Assembly: GCA_045805065.1 (NCBI GenBank)
Contig: JBJMMA010000238.1
Coordinates: 1-51,683 of the forward strand
Reading direction: 5' to 3'
DNA: 51,683 nucleotides
Source of the DNA: Bdellovibrionia bacterium
Lineage (GTDB): Bacteria > Bdellovibrionota > UBA1018
Shown here: one piece after another, positions 23,543 through 33,257 of the stretch
Layout: every line of letters starts with the position of its first letter
Position numbering within the stretch: position 1 is the first letter of the stretch
Position numbers and translations under genes: made by a program
Notes under the pieces: generated by a model
What the model was told of the DNA's origin: nothing
Database searches by the model: none
Seen by the model: the letters and a program-made list of their open reading frames with translations, nothing else

Positions 23543-24532
23543 ATGGCAGTTGAGATGAGCAACCGGCAAGAAGAGCGCAGAAAGTCTGTCTTGATTGTGC
23601 AGCACGCGGAGCATGAGCACCCGGCTGCGGTTCGTCGCGCTTTGGAAAGCCAGGGTATTCAAACTTTGTGGATTCATCCGTATCGCGGAGAGGAATTCCC
23701 CAGCCTGAGTCAAATTTCGGGAATGATCTCGCTTGGCGGACCCATGAGCGCCAACGATGAGAATGAGCACCCCTGGATCCTGAAAGAGTGTGAGCTTCTT
23801 CGCCAATCTGTTGAATCAGGTCTGCCCACCGTTGGCATTTGCCTGGGCGCCCAAATGATGGCTCGCGCGCTGGGCGGTAAAGTCGAGCGACATGAGAAGT
23901 ACGAATTGGGATGGTTTCCGATTGAACTCAATGAAGAGGGAAAGAACGACCCGATTCTTGGAAGCGCTGGAAAATCTCCCATGGTTTATCACTGGCATGG
24001 AGATACTTTTCATCTCCCCCCTCAGGCCACGCTTCTTGCGGGCTCAAAAGCCTGCGAAAGACAAGCCTACCGAATCAATGAGAGAGTTTACGGCTTTCAG
24101 TTTCACCCGGAAGCCGATCACCAGCTCGTCCACGAGTGGCTTGCCATTGAAGGCGTCGAAGGGGAAATCCTCGATACTCAAAAACTTCACGGCACCCGGA
24201 CTGTTCAAGACGCACAAACTCAGCGAAATCGCGCATCAAAAGGCGAAAAGTCGAGCCTGAGAATCACCTTGGGACTCACATCGCTTTTTCGCAGAAGAGA
24301 AAAGGATCCGCTCAGACAAGAGCTTCGAGAGCAGGTCTCACGTTGGGCCACGCGCAGACGAAACGTCATTCTGGAGTTTGAAGGATCCAATCGAAAATCC
24401 ATGCATATCCAGGGAAGAATCAGCGGTATTCTGACGCTTCCGCCTGGCGATTTCCTGATTCTTCAAGAGCAGAGCGGGATTCTCTGGCCCGTTCGCACGG
24501 ACGACATTGTCTCGATTGAGCTCCAGAAATAA
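23543..24532 (+). CDS. class I glutamine amidotransferase with a C-terminal extra (Rof-like) domain
   Basis: LGGPMSA, GICLGAQ (Cys), WHGDTF, FQFHPE (His-Glu); about 75 extra C-terminal residues. Confidence 0.88.
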   Translation: MAVEMSNRQEERRKSVLIVQHAEHEHPAAVRRALESQGIQTLWIHPYRGEEFPSLSQISGMISLGGPMSANDENEHPWILKECELLRQSVESGLPTVGICLGAQMMARALGGKVERHEKYELGWFPIELNEEGKNDPILGSAGKSPMVYHWHGDTFHLPPQATLLAGSKACERQAYRINERVYGFQFHPEADHQLVHEWLAIEGVEGEILDTQKLHGTRTVQDAQTQRNRASKGEKSSLRITLGLTSLFRRREKDPLRQELREQVSRWATRRRNVILEFEGSNRKSMHIQGRISGILTLPPGDFLILQEQSGILWPVRTDDIVSIELQK

Positions 24533-24562
24533 ATCGATCGAAGCAGCAGACTTGCCTGCGCT

Positions 24563-25375
24563 TTAAACTCGCCCCGTCAGCTTGGAGATGAAGATCGCAG
24601 CAGCAACCGATGCGTTGAGCGAAGTCACGTTTCCTGCCGGAGTCACTTTGCAAAGGACATCGCAAGCTTCTTCCGTCAGACGACGCATGCCTTTTTCTTC
24701 GTTTCCAATGACCATCAGCCATGGACGATCGCGCTCCACGGTGGAGAGATCAGCCTGAGCATGCTCTGAGGTTCCCAGGATCCAAAGACCAGCGTCCTTT
24801 GCTTTCTCGAAAGAGCGCTGCAGATTTACCTCAATCGCAAAAGGGATACTTTCCATCCCACCGCATGCGACATCGTAAACAGTGGATGTCAGAGGAGCCG
24901 AACGCTCTTGCGTGAGAAGAATCCCCTGCACGCCAAAAAAGGCTGCCGTACGAAAAATTGCGCCCACGTTGTGAGGATCCTGAAGGCTATCGAGCGCGAG
25001 CCAGAGGCCTTTGCCATCGGCTTTTTCGCGAGCATCCTCAAAGAGCTCTTCCACGGAAATAGGCTTTCGCTCTTGAATGACAGCTTCGGCTACGCCAGTT
25101 CTGCCGTCAGTTTCTGAGCGATCGCGATCTCGCCCCCCATCACCGCCTCTTGAACCACCAGGGCGGCCCCGATCGGATTGAGTTTTTGGGGATGCCGTCG
25201 TTACGCGAACGTTCTTTTCTTTCGCCAGCTTAACGACACGATCCCAGCCTTCGCCTAGGCCTCTTCCTCTATCTTCTCTGGCGCTTCCACCAGCAGGTAC
25301 GATGATTTCAGAAACGTCTTTAGGACGCGACTCAAGAGTCGCGAGAACACTGTGCGGATTATGAAGCCTGAGCAT
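24563..25375 (-). CDS. TrmH/SpoU-family RNA 2'-O-methyltransferase (RlmB-like)
   Basis: LQDPHNVGAIFRTA, IGNEEKGMR, SLNASVAAA. Confidence 0.9.
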   Translation of the reverse strand: MLRLHNPHSVLATLESRPKDVSEIIVPAGGSAREDRGRGLGEGWDRVVKLAKEKNVRVTTASPKTQSDRGRPGGSRGGDGGRDRDRSETDGRTGVAEAVIQERKPISVEELFEDAREKADGKGLWLALDSLQDPHNVGAIFRTAAFFGVQGILLTQERSAPLTSTVYDVACGGMESIPFAIEVNLQRSFEKAKDAGLWILGTSEHAQADLSTVERDRPWLMVIGNEEKGMRRLTEEACDVLCKVTPAGNVTSLNASVAAAIFISKLTGRV

Positions 25376-25387
25376 GATGCCAGCTTA

Positions 25388-26143
25388 TTAAGCTGAAATC
25401 GCCGAAACTGAAAGATCTTTAAGGATTGATTCGACCATGGCGCGTGGATCTTGGGCGCCCGTGATTGGGCGACCGATCACAACAGCGTTGGCTCCAGCCA
25501 GATGTGCCTGCGCAGGGGTCATAATTCTTGCCTGATCATTCGTGGCCGTACCTTCAGGGCGAATACCCGGCACAACCGTGTAAATGGTCGGGTAGCTTTC
25601 GCGAATCGCAGGAAGTTCCATGGCTGAGCAGACGATTCCGTCCGCGCCCCAAGCGACCGCATGCTCAACAAGTCCATCGACGCTGTCAGATGCATCCACA
25701 GCATGACCTGTGAGAGCCTTTGTGACCTCTGCCCAACGAACATCATCAAAGGACGTGAGAACGCTGACGCCTAGAATTTTTGGCTTCAGGGTTTCAATTT
25801 CAGCAAGCTCTTCAGCCACGGCTTTCACCATATGGCTTCCGCCTGAAAGATGAACGGTGAACATATCGACATGCAGAAGTGCAGCTTGGCAGGCTGCCTG
25901 TGCGACCGTATTTGGAATGTCGTGGAATTTCAGATCCAGGAAAACCCGGTTCTTTTGGTGCACCAACTCGCGAACGACATCAGGTCCGCCGCCCATAAAG
26001 AGTTCAAGGCCCACTTTATAAATGACCGGCAACCCTTTGAGCTGGTTCACCAGATCCATGGCTTTTTCAGCGCGGGGATAATCCAAAGCAACGATCAAGT
26101 CGGTCGAGTGATGCGAGTTCACCACGTTCTCCTTATCGGACAT
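25388..26143 (-). CDS. pyrF: orotidine-5'-phosphate decarboxylase
   Basis: IVALD, FLDLKFHDIPNT, VPGIRP, IGRPIT. Confidence 0.96.
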   Translation of the reverse strand: MSDKENVVNSHHSTDLIVALDYPRAEKAMDLVNQLKGLPVIYKVGLELFMGGGPDVVRELVHQKNRVFLDLKFHDIPNTVAQAACQAALLHVDMFTVHLSGGSHMVKAVAEELAEIETLKPKILGVSVLTSFDDVRWAEVTKALTGHAVDASDSVDGLVEHAVAWGADGIVCSAMELPAIRESYPTIYTVVPGIRPEGTATNDQARIMTPAQAHLAGANAVVIGRPITGAQDPRAMVESILKDLSVSAISA

Positions 26144-26203
26144 TTGTTCTCCCCTCTCTTCTCACAATCAGCCGCCGGGCGCTTCTTGCGCCCTCCGTCC
26201 TGA

Positions 26204-27673
26204 CTAGTAGGCCCTAGCAAAAATCGCACGCACGTTATTGCCCGTCTGGCCCGTCATGAAACAAGGCTTGCTTTCACGAATAGGCTGATAGTTGTCATCG
26301 AGCGGCAAACAACGGATGGTTGCTTTCGTTTCCTCTTTGATCTTGGCTTCGAGCTGGCGATCGCCACACCATGACACGACGAAGAAGCCGCCTTCTTCAA
26401 TGCGCTTCTTGAACTCATCGTAGCTATCGACTTGATGCATATTGGCGTCGCGGTGCGCACGTGCGCGTTCCAGAAGTTCGCTTTGCATCGCGGAGAGCAT
26501 GGTCGTCACGCGTTCTGGCGCAGCTTGCAAAGGAATAAATTCCTTTTTGCCTTCGTCACGACGAGTCACCACAACCTGACCCTTTTCAAGATCACGTGGG
26601 CCGACTTCAATGCGCACTGGCGTGCCGATCATTTCATATTCGAAGAACTTCCAACCTGGCTGCTTGGTCTCATCCGTATCGACATGGACGCCCACAGTAT
26701 AAGGAAGACCTGTGCGTGCGCCTTGCTCACGAATTGCTTGAGCCAATTTCTCAGCAGCTTCAAGGACTTGTGCCTTAGTTTCTGCCTTTGCCATGATTGG
26801 AACGATCACAACGTGCGTTGCAGCCAAGCGTGGAGGAAGAACGAGACCCTTATCATCGGAATGGGTCATGATCATGCCGCCAATGAGACGCGTGGAAACG
26901 CCCCAGCTGGTTTGATGAACGTGCTTTTGTTTGCCGTCCTTATCCAGAAACTGGGTATCAAACGCCTTGGCGAAGTTGCTGGAAAGGTTATGCGAAGTTC
27001 CGGCTTGAAGCGCCTTCTTATCCTGCATCATGGCTTCGATGCTGTAGGTGCGAAGAGCGCCTGCGAACTTCTCGTTTTCCGTCTTCAAGCCTGGGATGAC
27101 CGGCATAGCGAGAACTTCTTCGGCAAATTTCGTGTAAACACGAAGCATGAGGCGCGTTTCGTCTTCTGCTTCCTCAGGCGTTGCGTGGCAGGTGTGGCCT
27201 TCTTGCCAGAGAAACTCGGTCGTACGAAGGAAGAGGCGCGTACGCATCTCCCAGCGAACCACGTTGGCCCATTGATTGATCAAAAGCGGAAGATCGCGAT
27301 AGGACTGAATCCATTTTGCGAACATGCTGTTGATGATCGTCTCAGAAGTCGGACGAACCACGAGCGGCTCTTCCAGCTCTTTGCCGCCAGCGTGAGTGAC
27401 AACAGCCAGTTCAGGAGCAAAGCCTTCCACGTGCTCGGCTTCTTTCTTCAAAAAGCTTTCAGGAATGAACATCGGGAAGTAGGCGTTACGGACGCCGGTT
27501 TCCTTGATGCGACGATCCAGCTCGCGCTGAATCGCTTCCCAAATCGAATAACCGTTCGGGCGAATGACCATACAGCCTTTGACGGGGCTATAATCAGCCA
27601 GGCGCGCCTGGAGAACGATGTCTTGGTACCATTGGGAAAAGTCCTGGGAACGTGGGGTAATTTTCTCTGCCAT
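26204..27673 (-). CDS. proS: proline--tRNA ligase, archaeal/eukaryotic type
   Basis: [33 protein letters not shown]-terminal FARAY; no editing insertion. Confidence 0.96.
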   Translation of the reverse strand: MAEKITPRSQDFSQWYQDIVLQARLADYSPVKGCMVIRPNGYSIWEAIQRELDRRIKETGVRNAYFPMFIPESFLKKEAEHVEGFAPELAVVTHAGGKELEEPLVVRPTSETIINSMFAKWIQSYRDLPLLINQWANVVRWEMRTRLFLRTTEFLWQEGHTCHATPEEAEDETRLMLRVYTKFAEEVLAMPVIPGLKTENEKFAGALRTYSIEAMMQDKKALQAGTSHNLSSNFAKAFDTQFLDKDGKQKHVHQTSWGVSTRLIGGMIMTHSDDKGLVLPPRLAATHVVIVPIMAKAETKAQVLEAAEKLAQAIREQGARTGLPYTVGVHVDTDETKQPGWKFFEYEMIGTPVRIEVGPRDLEKGQVVVTRRDEGKKEFIPLQAAPERVTTMLSAMQSELLERARAHRDANMHQVDSYDEFKKRIEEGGFFVVSWCGDRQLEAKIKEETKATIRCLPLDDNYQPIRESKPCFMTGQTGNNVRAIFARAY

Positions 27674-27704
27674 AGCCCCATCGTTTTCGCATACCTAGCG
27701 AAGT

Positions 27705-29126
27705 TTAGGAACTGGTTTCAATTCCGTAGGACTTAATCTTCTTATGAAGGTGGCTCCGCTCAACGCCTAAGACCTGGGCTGTCTTGGAAACGTTCCAGTC
27801 GTTCTCTTTCAGCGTCTTGAGGATGAACTCTTTTTCGAATTCCTGACGCGCATCGCGAAGGTTTCTGGCCGAGGTAATGGCCTCAACCGCATCCTGACGA
27901 GATCCGATCTGGATTTCTCCCGTTCTTTCGCCAAATTGCTGAACTAATGCCTCATCTTGAAGATGAGAGAGAAGACTTGCCGCTGAAATGACCTGATCGC
28001 CTTCAGCCTCCGTCGATAGAATCACTACGCGCTCGATGAGATTTTTGAGCTCACGAACGTTTCCAGGCCAGCTATAAGCAGTCAGAACGTCTCCAGCCTC
28101 AGGCGAAAGCTTGCGAAGCTTCTTTCCATGAACTCCTGAGAACTCCCTCAGGAAGTATTCGGCCAGGAGCGGGATGTCCTCCTTCCGCTCACGAAGAGGA
28201 GGAATATGGAAGGGAATGACGTTCAAGCGATAAAACAGGTCGCCACGGAATTGGCTTCGGCTGATTTCAGCCTTCAGATCCTTGTTCGTAGCGGCGACGA
28301 TGCGCACATCCACCGAAATGGTCTGGGTTCCGCCTACGCGCTCGAATTTCTGCTCCTGGATCACGCGCAAGACCTTGGCTTGAGTCTTCAACGACATATC
28401 GCCGATTTCGTCCAGAAAGAGTGTCCCACCGTGAGCAAGATCGAACTTACCCCGGCGAAGGCTCGTTGCGCCTGTGAATGCGCCCTTTTCATGACCAAAA
28501 AGCTCACTCTCGATGAGCTCCTCAGGGATCGCCGCGCAATTGATCTCGATAAAAGGCTTATTATAACGAGGCGAAAGCGCGTGAATGCTTTGGGCGATCA
28601 ATTCTTTGCCCGTGCCGTTCTCGCCCGTGATGAGAACCGATCCAGTGGTCGGCGCCACTCGGCGGACAAGCTCCTGGATTTGTTTCATGCCCGAGCTCTC
28701 GCCAACAAGCTTACGGGTCTTTTCCTGAACTTGTTTTCTCAGCGCCTGATTCTCACGCGCCAGATCCTGAACGCTCGAAGCGTTCTGCATCAGCACCAAA
28801 ATACGCTCAAGCGACAATGGCTTTTCGACAAAATCAAATGCGCCGAGCTTGGTGGCCCGCACGGCCGTCTCGATCGTGCCATGTCCAGACATCATGATGA
28901 CGAGTTGATCAGACCACTGGGCCTTGATCTGCTTCAGCGTCTCGATACCATCCATTTCAGGCATCCAGATATCCAGCAAAACAACATCGGGGCGCGCCTT
29001 GCGTATGGCTTCAAGCCCCTCTTTGCCCGAGCCTGCGACTGCGACCGCATACCCTTCATCCGAGAGAGCTCCGGTGAGAGATTTGCGAATCGAGGCTTCG
29101 TCATCAATGATCAGCACGGAACGCAT
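27705..29126 (-). CDS. sigma54-dependent response regulator, NtrX-like
   Basis: REC (LLDIWMP), AAA+ GENGTGKE and GAFTGA, Fis HTH. Confidence 0.9.
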   Translation of the reverse strand: MRSVLIIDDEASIRKSLTGALSDEGYAVAVAGSGKEGLEAIRKARPDVVLLDIWMPEMDGIETLKQIKAQWSDQLVIMMSGHGTIETAVRATKLGAFDFVEKPLSLERILVLMQNASSVQDLARENQALRKQVQEKTRKLVGESSGMKQIQELVRRVAPTTGSVLITGENGTGKELIAQSIHALSPRYNKPFIEINCAAIPEELIESELFGHEKGAFTGATSLRRGKFDLAHGGTLFLDEIGDMSLKTQAKVLRVIQEQKFERVGGTQTISVDVRIVAATNKDLKAEISRSQFRGDLFYRLNVIPFHIPPLRERKEDIPLLAEYFLREFSGVHGKKLRKLSPEAGDVLTAYSWPGNVRELKNLIERVVILSTEAEGDQVISAASLLSHLQDEALVQQFGERTGEIQIGSRQDAVEAITSARNLRDARQEFEKEFILKTLKENDWNVSKTAQVLGVERSHLHKKIKSYGIETSS

Positions 29127-29168
29127 GGTCTAGGTATCCTTATCTTACTTCGCATCTAACCACTTCGG

Positions 29169-31538
29169 TTAGCCACTTCGGTGTGCGGTCGGAAGCTCGA
29201 TCACGAACCGAGTTCCCTCCCCTGGTACCGAATGGACCCGAATAAATCCATCATGATCGTTCACGATACGCTTCACAATGGCAAGCCCCAGCCCGGTTCC
29301 TTCCGCTTTGGTGGAAAAATACGGCTCAAATACTCGGTTTTTCACATCCTCAGTCATTCCAGGGCCGTTGTCTTCGATCTCCAGGACGGCAATCTGAAGC
29401 TGACTGTTATAATGAGTGGAAAGCGTAATTTGATTTGCTTGATGACGACCAGGCACACCTGCGAGCGCCGCAACCGCGTTATCCAGAAGATTGATGATCA
29501 CTCGCTTGATCTGATCGCGATCGAAATCAAAGATAGGCAGCTTACTCTCGGCTGTTACCTTGAAATGAATCTCACTATGCGCTTGCTCGAAAAGAGAAAC
29601 AACTTCGCGAACTGCTGAATTGAGATCATGAGGTGCCGGATTGGCCTCGGGAAAGCGGGCGAAGTTGGAGAACTCATTCACCATCTCCTTGAGCTCATCC
29701 GTATGTTGAATGATGGTGTCCGTGCATTCTTTCAAAAGCGCGCCATCGCGTCCCCGATAGTCGCCCAGTCTGCGCTGAAGTCTTTGGGCGGAGAGCTTGA
29801 TCGGAGTCAGAGGATTTTTGATCTCATGAGCAATACGTCGCGCCACTTCACGCCAGGCCATTTCACGTTGACCCTTAATCAAGTGGGTCATGTCATCGAT
29901 CACGAGCACCAAACCCCAGGCATTGGGTGACTGATCCGATTCGCGAAGCGGGGTGACCATTGCAGCGAGCGTTCGTGTACTCTCTCCGCTCCGGTAATTC
30001 CAATGGGTGATATCGGCCGGATTGACGCCCAGTGAGGTTTCGTGACGAGGAATCTGTCGAGCGCGATCGATGATTTCGATCAAGGGTCCCGCATCGTTCT
30101 GAAAAACATCCTGATACGACTTTCCAAGCGCCTGTTCCGCGCCAATTCCAAGAAGCTGCGCCGCAGAGCGGTTCCAGGTCGTGATCTCATCGTTACTATC
30201 GATCGCAATCACACCCGCGCCGATATTGGCCAAAACCGCTTCAAGCTGGAGCTGGCGTTTTTCAAGATCCGTGCTCGCTTCAATGAGGCGCGCCCGGCTT
30301 TCCTTCAAGTCGTGGGTCATCTTGTTGAAGGATTCAACCAGAACCGTGATCTCATCATTTCCTGAGGCCAAAATCGAGACATCCAGGTTACCCGCACCGA
30401 CTTCTTGGGCTCCATGAACGAGACGCTCCACCGGAACGGTCAGTTCGCGAGCGATATAAAGACCAATCCAGATCGCAACCACGATGATGACCAGCGTGAT
30501 CATGATCAGAATGACAAGGTAAGCGGTCTTCATCGGATATTTTAAAGGATTGGTGTCCTTGTAGTCGTCAAAGACGCTGGCAATCTCATCCACTTTGTTC
30601 ACGAGACTGACTGGAATGTAGGAGTTCACCACCAAAACGCCCAGAACCGGACCGTGCGGAAGGCCTCCGGCTCGAACCGGCACCATGCAACGAATCAGGT
30701 CACCGCTTCCGATGTGTTGAATGACAGATCGAGCCTTGCCTGAGAAAGTTTCCTCAAGAAGATCCAAGGAAAGTCTGGGATAGGCCGATGTCAAGTCATT
30801 GACCGGCGCGCGTTGAGCCAATACGCGTTCATCCAATGGATCCGTATAGAACTCAATCGCATCCAGGGCCAACAACTCACGTTGAGAGGCCAGATAAGAG
30901 TCGAGTTCCTTTAATACAGGGCGCTGAACCCCATCTTTGTGAACTGCAAAACGCTTTCCAACTCCACCGGCAAGGTGTTCAGCAAAGTGTTTCGCGGTTT
31001 GATCGGTGTTTCGGTAGTAGGTACCCGTGATTTCAAGCGACGCCTGCAGGGTGTTCTGAATTTTCAGCGAGAACCACTTATCGAAGCTCGAATTGATGTA
31101 CATCGCCGAAATAATGAACAGCACGAGCGTCGGAATGATGGAAAAAGCCAGAAATGAGATGACGAGCTTCGTTTTAAGGCGTGCTCCGAGGACTTTGCGG
31201 CGGCGCTCAAGGAAAAGTTTGCCGATATTGCGCAGGACCAGCCAGACCAGGGCGATCAGCAGCACGATATTGATGTTGAGCAGCCCGAAAAAGAAGATGG
31301 AGTTTACGAAAGGCAGCGTGCTGGAGAGCTGACTGAGGCGAAACTCACCGATGGTGAGCGCAACGAAGAGCGCGCTCAATACCAGGATCATGATCGCTTC
31401 ACGACGACGCTTACGCCGCTCGCGCACACTGATCGCATCCACTTGGACTGCTTCCTGACTTTGAAGCGGCGCCCGCTTGCCGCTCTGGTCTTGGAGTTCC
31501 GGGGATTCGGAAACTGCAGTTTTAAGTTCGTCCGTCAT
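29169..31538 (-). CDS. NtrY-like membrane sensor histidine kinase (HAMP-PAS-HisKA-HATPase)
   Basis: AWREVARRIAHEIKNPLTPIKLSAQRL, N/G boxes; upstream of the NtrX-like gene. Confidence 0.92.
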   Translation of the reverse strand: MTDELKTAVSESPELQDQSGKRAPLQSQEAVQVDAISVRERRKRRREAIMILVLSALFVALTIGEFRLSQLSSTLPFVNSIFFFGLLNINIVLLIALVWLVLRNIGKLFLERRRKVLGARLKTKLVISFLAFSIIPTLVLFIISAMYINSSFDKWFSLKIQNTLQASLEITGTYYRNTDQTAKHFAEHLAGGVGKRFAVHKDGVQRPVLKELDSYLASQRELLALDAIEFYTDPLDERVLAQRAPVNDLTSAYPRLSLDLLEETFSGKARSVIQHIGSGDLIRCMVPVRAGGLPHGPVLGVLVVNSYIPVSLVNKVDEIASVFDDYKDTNPLKYPMKTAYLVILIMITLVIIVVAIWIGLYIARELTVPVERLVHGAQEVGAGNLDVSILASGNDEITVLVESFNKMTHDLKESRARLIEASTDLEKRQLQLEAVLANIGAGVIAIDSNDEITTWNRSAAQLLGIGAEQALGKSYQDVFQNDAGPLIEIIDRARQIPRHETSLGVNPADITHWNYRSGESTRTLAAMVTPLRESDQSPNAWGLVLVIDDMTHLIKGQREMAWREVARRIAHEIKNPLTPIKLSAQRLQRRLGDYRGRDGALLKECTDTIIQHTDELKEMVNEFSNFARFPEANPAPHDLNSAVREVVSLFEQAHSEIHFKVTAESKLPIFDFDRDQIKRVIINLLDNAVAALAGVPGRHQANQITLSTHYNSQLQIAVLEIEDNGPGMTEDVKNRVFEPYFSTKAEGTGLGLAIVKRIVNDHDGFIRVHSVPGEGTRFVIELPTAHRSG

Positions 31539-31622
31539 TTGAGGTGATCATAAACGATTGCGAAACAGAATGCACGCTACGCGTTAACTCGCCCGATAAG
31601 AGATGAAACGTGCCTTTCGATG

Positions 31623-31675
31623 CTCTTCAGAACTCATCAAACGTTCTTCAAACACTCTTCGACACTCTTCAAACA
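31623..31675. repeat. degenerate 10-11-bp tandem repeat (CTCTTCAAACA-like x5)
   Basis: CTCTTCAGAA, CTCATCAAACG, TTCTTCAAACA, CTCTTCGACA, CTCTTCAAACA. Confidence 0.75.
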
Positions 31676-32085
31676 CACTTTAGGTGCCTTCAGACAGGGT
31701 CTGACGTGTCTGAAGCGCGCACTGTCGAGAAATTGATCACTTCAGAGCGAAGGAAGGATGCTTCAAGGATGTCCGCGGATCGCATTTTGCGAAAATTCTC
31801 CCAAAACAGCTTCTTTTCTGCACGATTTTGAGCGCGAAGATTTCTATTTTGAAACAGTCGCGGAGAAATTTGAGTGTCGAAAAGTTTTACAGAGATGAAA
31901 TTTGAGTGTCGTCGACGGAACGAACGCAAACTTTTTTTATTTTTTTTGTTACATTTTCTTGATCTCAAGAACTTTCAATGTAACATCATAGTTGAGTAAC
32001 GCGTTTTTTGCAGAGCAGAGAACGTAGATGCTCGAATCGAGTCGGCAGTGAAAACTGATCGACACCCATATGGAGGAAAAAAAAC

Positions 32086-32160
32086 ATGGCCACTAAGAAA
32101 AAAGCCACCAAGAAGAAAGCTACTAAGAAGAAAGCCACCAAGAAGAAGGCTAAGAAGTAA
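32086..32160 (+). CDS. 24-aa lysine-rich micro-protein MATKKKATKKKATKKKATKKKAKK (histone-H1-tail/protamine-like)
   Basis: TGGAGG RBS at 32071-32076, ATG 32086, TAA 32158-32160, only synonymous differences between repeat units, terminator downstream. Confidence 0.85.
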   Translation: MATKKKATKKKATKKKATKKKAKK

Positions 32161-32184
32161 TTTTTCTTCTTAAAGAAGTTCGAG

Positions 32185-32220
32185 AAGCCCTGAACCCCTG
32201 GTTCAGGGCTTTTTTATTTT
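32185..32220 (+). terminator. intrinsic terminator of the micro-protein gene, convergent with pyrD
   Basis: AAGCCCTGAAC-CCCTG-GTTCAGGGCTT followed by TTTTATTTT. Confidence 0.85.
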
Positions 32221-33257
32221 GATCGTTCGAAATGTGCGATTTTCTCGCTTAAAACAGCTGGAAATGAAGGGCCTCCATAGATCCAGCCCGAATAGATCTG
32301 CACCAGGTCCGCACCCAGGCGAAGTCTCTCCATCGCTTCTTCCGCTGTCAAAATTCCGCCCACTGAAACAATAGGAAGACGACTCACGGCGCGCGCATCG
32401 ACCAAGCTCCTTCTGGATTGCTCAGTCAGAACTCCTCCGCTCCATCCCCCCACTTGTCCTCGATGTTCACCACCGAGTGTGTTCGTTAAGATCCAACCGT
32501 CGATGGGTGCCTCTTGAGATGACTCAAGCTCCCTAATGAGGTGCGCAAGGCTTTCGCCCTGAAGCTCGGGGGCGATTTTGAGCAAAAGAGGAGGTTTGTT
32601 CGACCATCGAGAGATGATTTCATGAACCGCTGCGATGATCGGGCGCAATGCCTCAATCGTTTGAAGTGACCGAAGACCTGGAGTGTTAGGCGAACTCACG
32701 TTCACGACCATATAATCGGCCAGATTCTTGAAATAAGATGCCGCTTTAGCGTAATCGGAGGCCGCGTCTTCTAAAGACGTATCTTTATTCTTTCCCAGGT
32801 TCACCCCAACCCTGAAATGCGGCGGCAGATGCTCTCTCAGGCCAGTAAGGCGGCGAGAAACGACCTCAGCCCCTGCCCCGTTGAAGCCCATCCGATTAAA
32901 GACCGAAGCACGTGCCGGATCCCGGAACAGTCTGGGTCGTTCATTCCCAGGTTGAGGGCGTGGGGTGACGGTGCCGATTTCTGCAAAGCCAAACCCTAAA
33001 GATGGCAGAGCGGTCACGATCTCAGCGTCTTTATCAAATCCTGCAGCCAAGCCCACGCGGGAGCGGAAAGTCATTCCCAGGATCTTGGGCAATGCGGAAT
33101 CAGGATAGTATTGAGACGAAGCGCCGCTGATCAGCGTAAGCGCGTGAGCTTTCTCGCCCGTCTCAATCAGTCGAACCGTCAGTCGATGGGCACGCTCGGG
33201 GTCCAATCTAAATAAAAAGCGGCGAACCACTCTCCAGATAAACCCCCGAACTCCCAT
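32214..33257 (-). CDS. pyrD: quinone-dependent dihydroorotate dehydrogenase (class 2)
   Basis: GLAAGFDK, NRMGFNG, NVSSPNTPGLR, LLKIAPE. Confidence 0.95.
   Translation of the reverse strand: MGVRGFIWRVVRRFLFRLDPERAHRLTVRLIETGEKAHALTLISGASSQYYPDSALPKILGMTFRSRVGLAAGFDKDAEIVTALPSLGFGFAEIGTVTPRPQPGNERPRLFRDPARASVFNRMGFNGAGAEVVSRRLTGLREHLPPHFRVGVNLGKNKDTSLEDAASDYAKAASYFKNLADYMVVNVSSPNTPGLRSLQTIEALRPIIAAVHEIISRWSNKPPLLLKIAPELQGESLAHLIRELESSQEAPIDGWILTNTLGGEHRGQVGGWSGGVLTEQSRRSLVDARAVSRLPIVSVGGILTAEEAMERLRLGADLVQIYSGWIYGGPSFPAVLSEKIAHFERSK

Noticed and set aside
31623..31911. CRISPR-like reading of the short repeats
   Set aside because: Units are 10-15 bp, mostly adjacent and degenerate, with no spacer series or cas genes
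31610..31968. Listed 73-aa and 92-aa ORFs in the ntrY upstream region
   Set aside because: No RBS or protein-like features; they overlap repeats and T tracts
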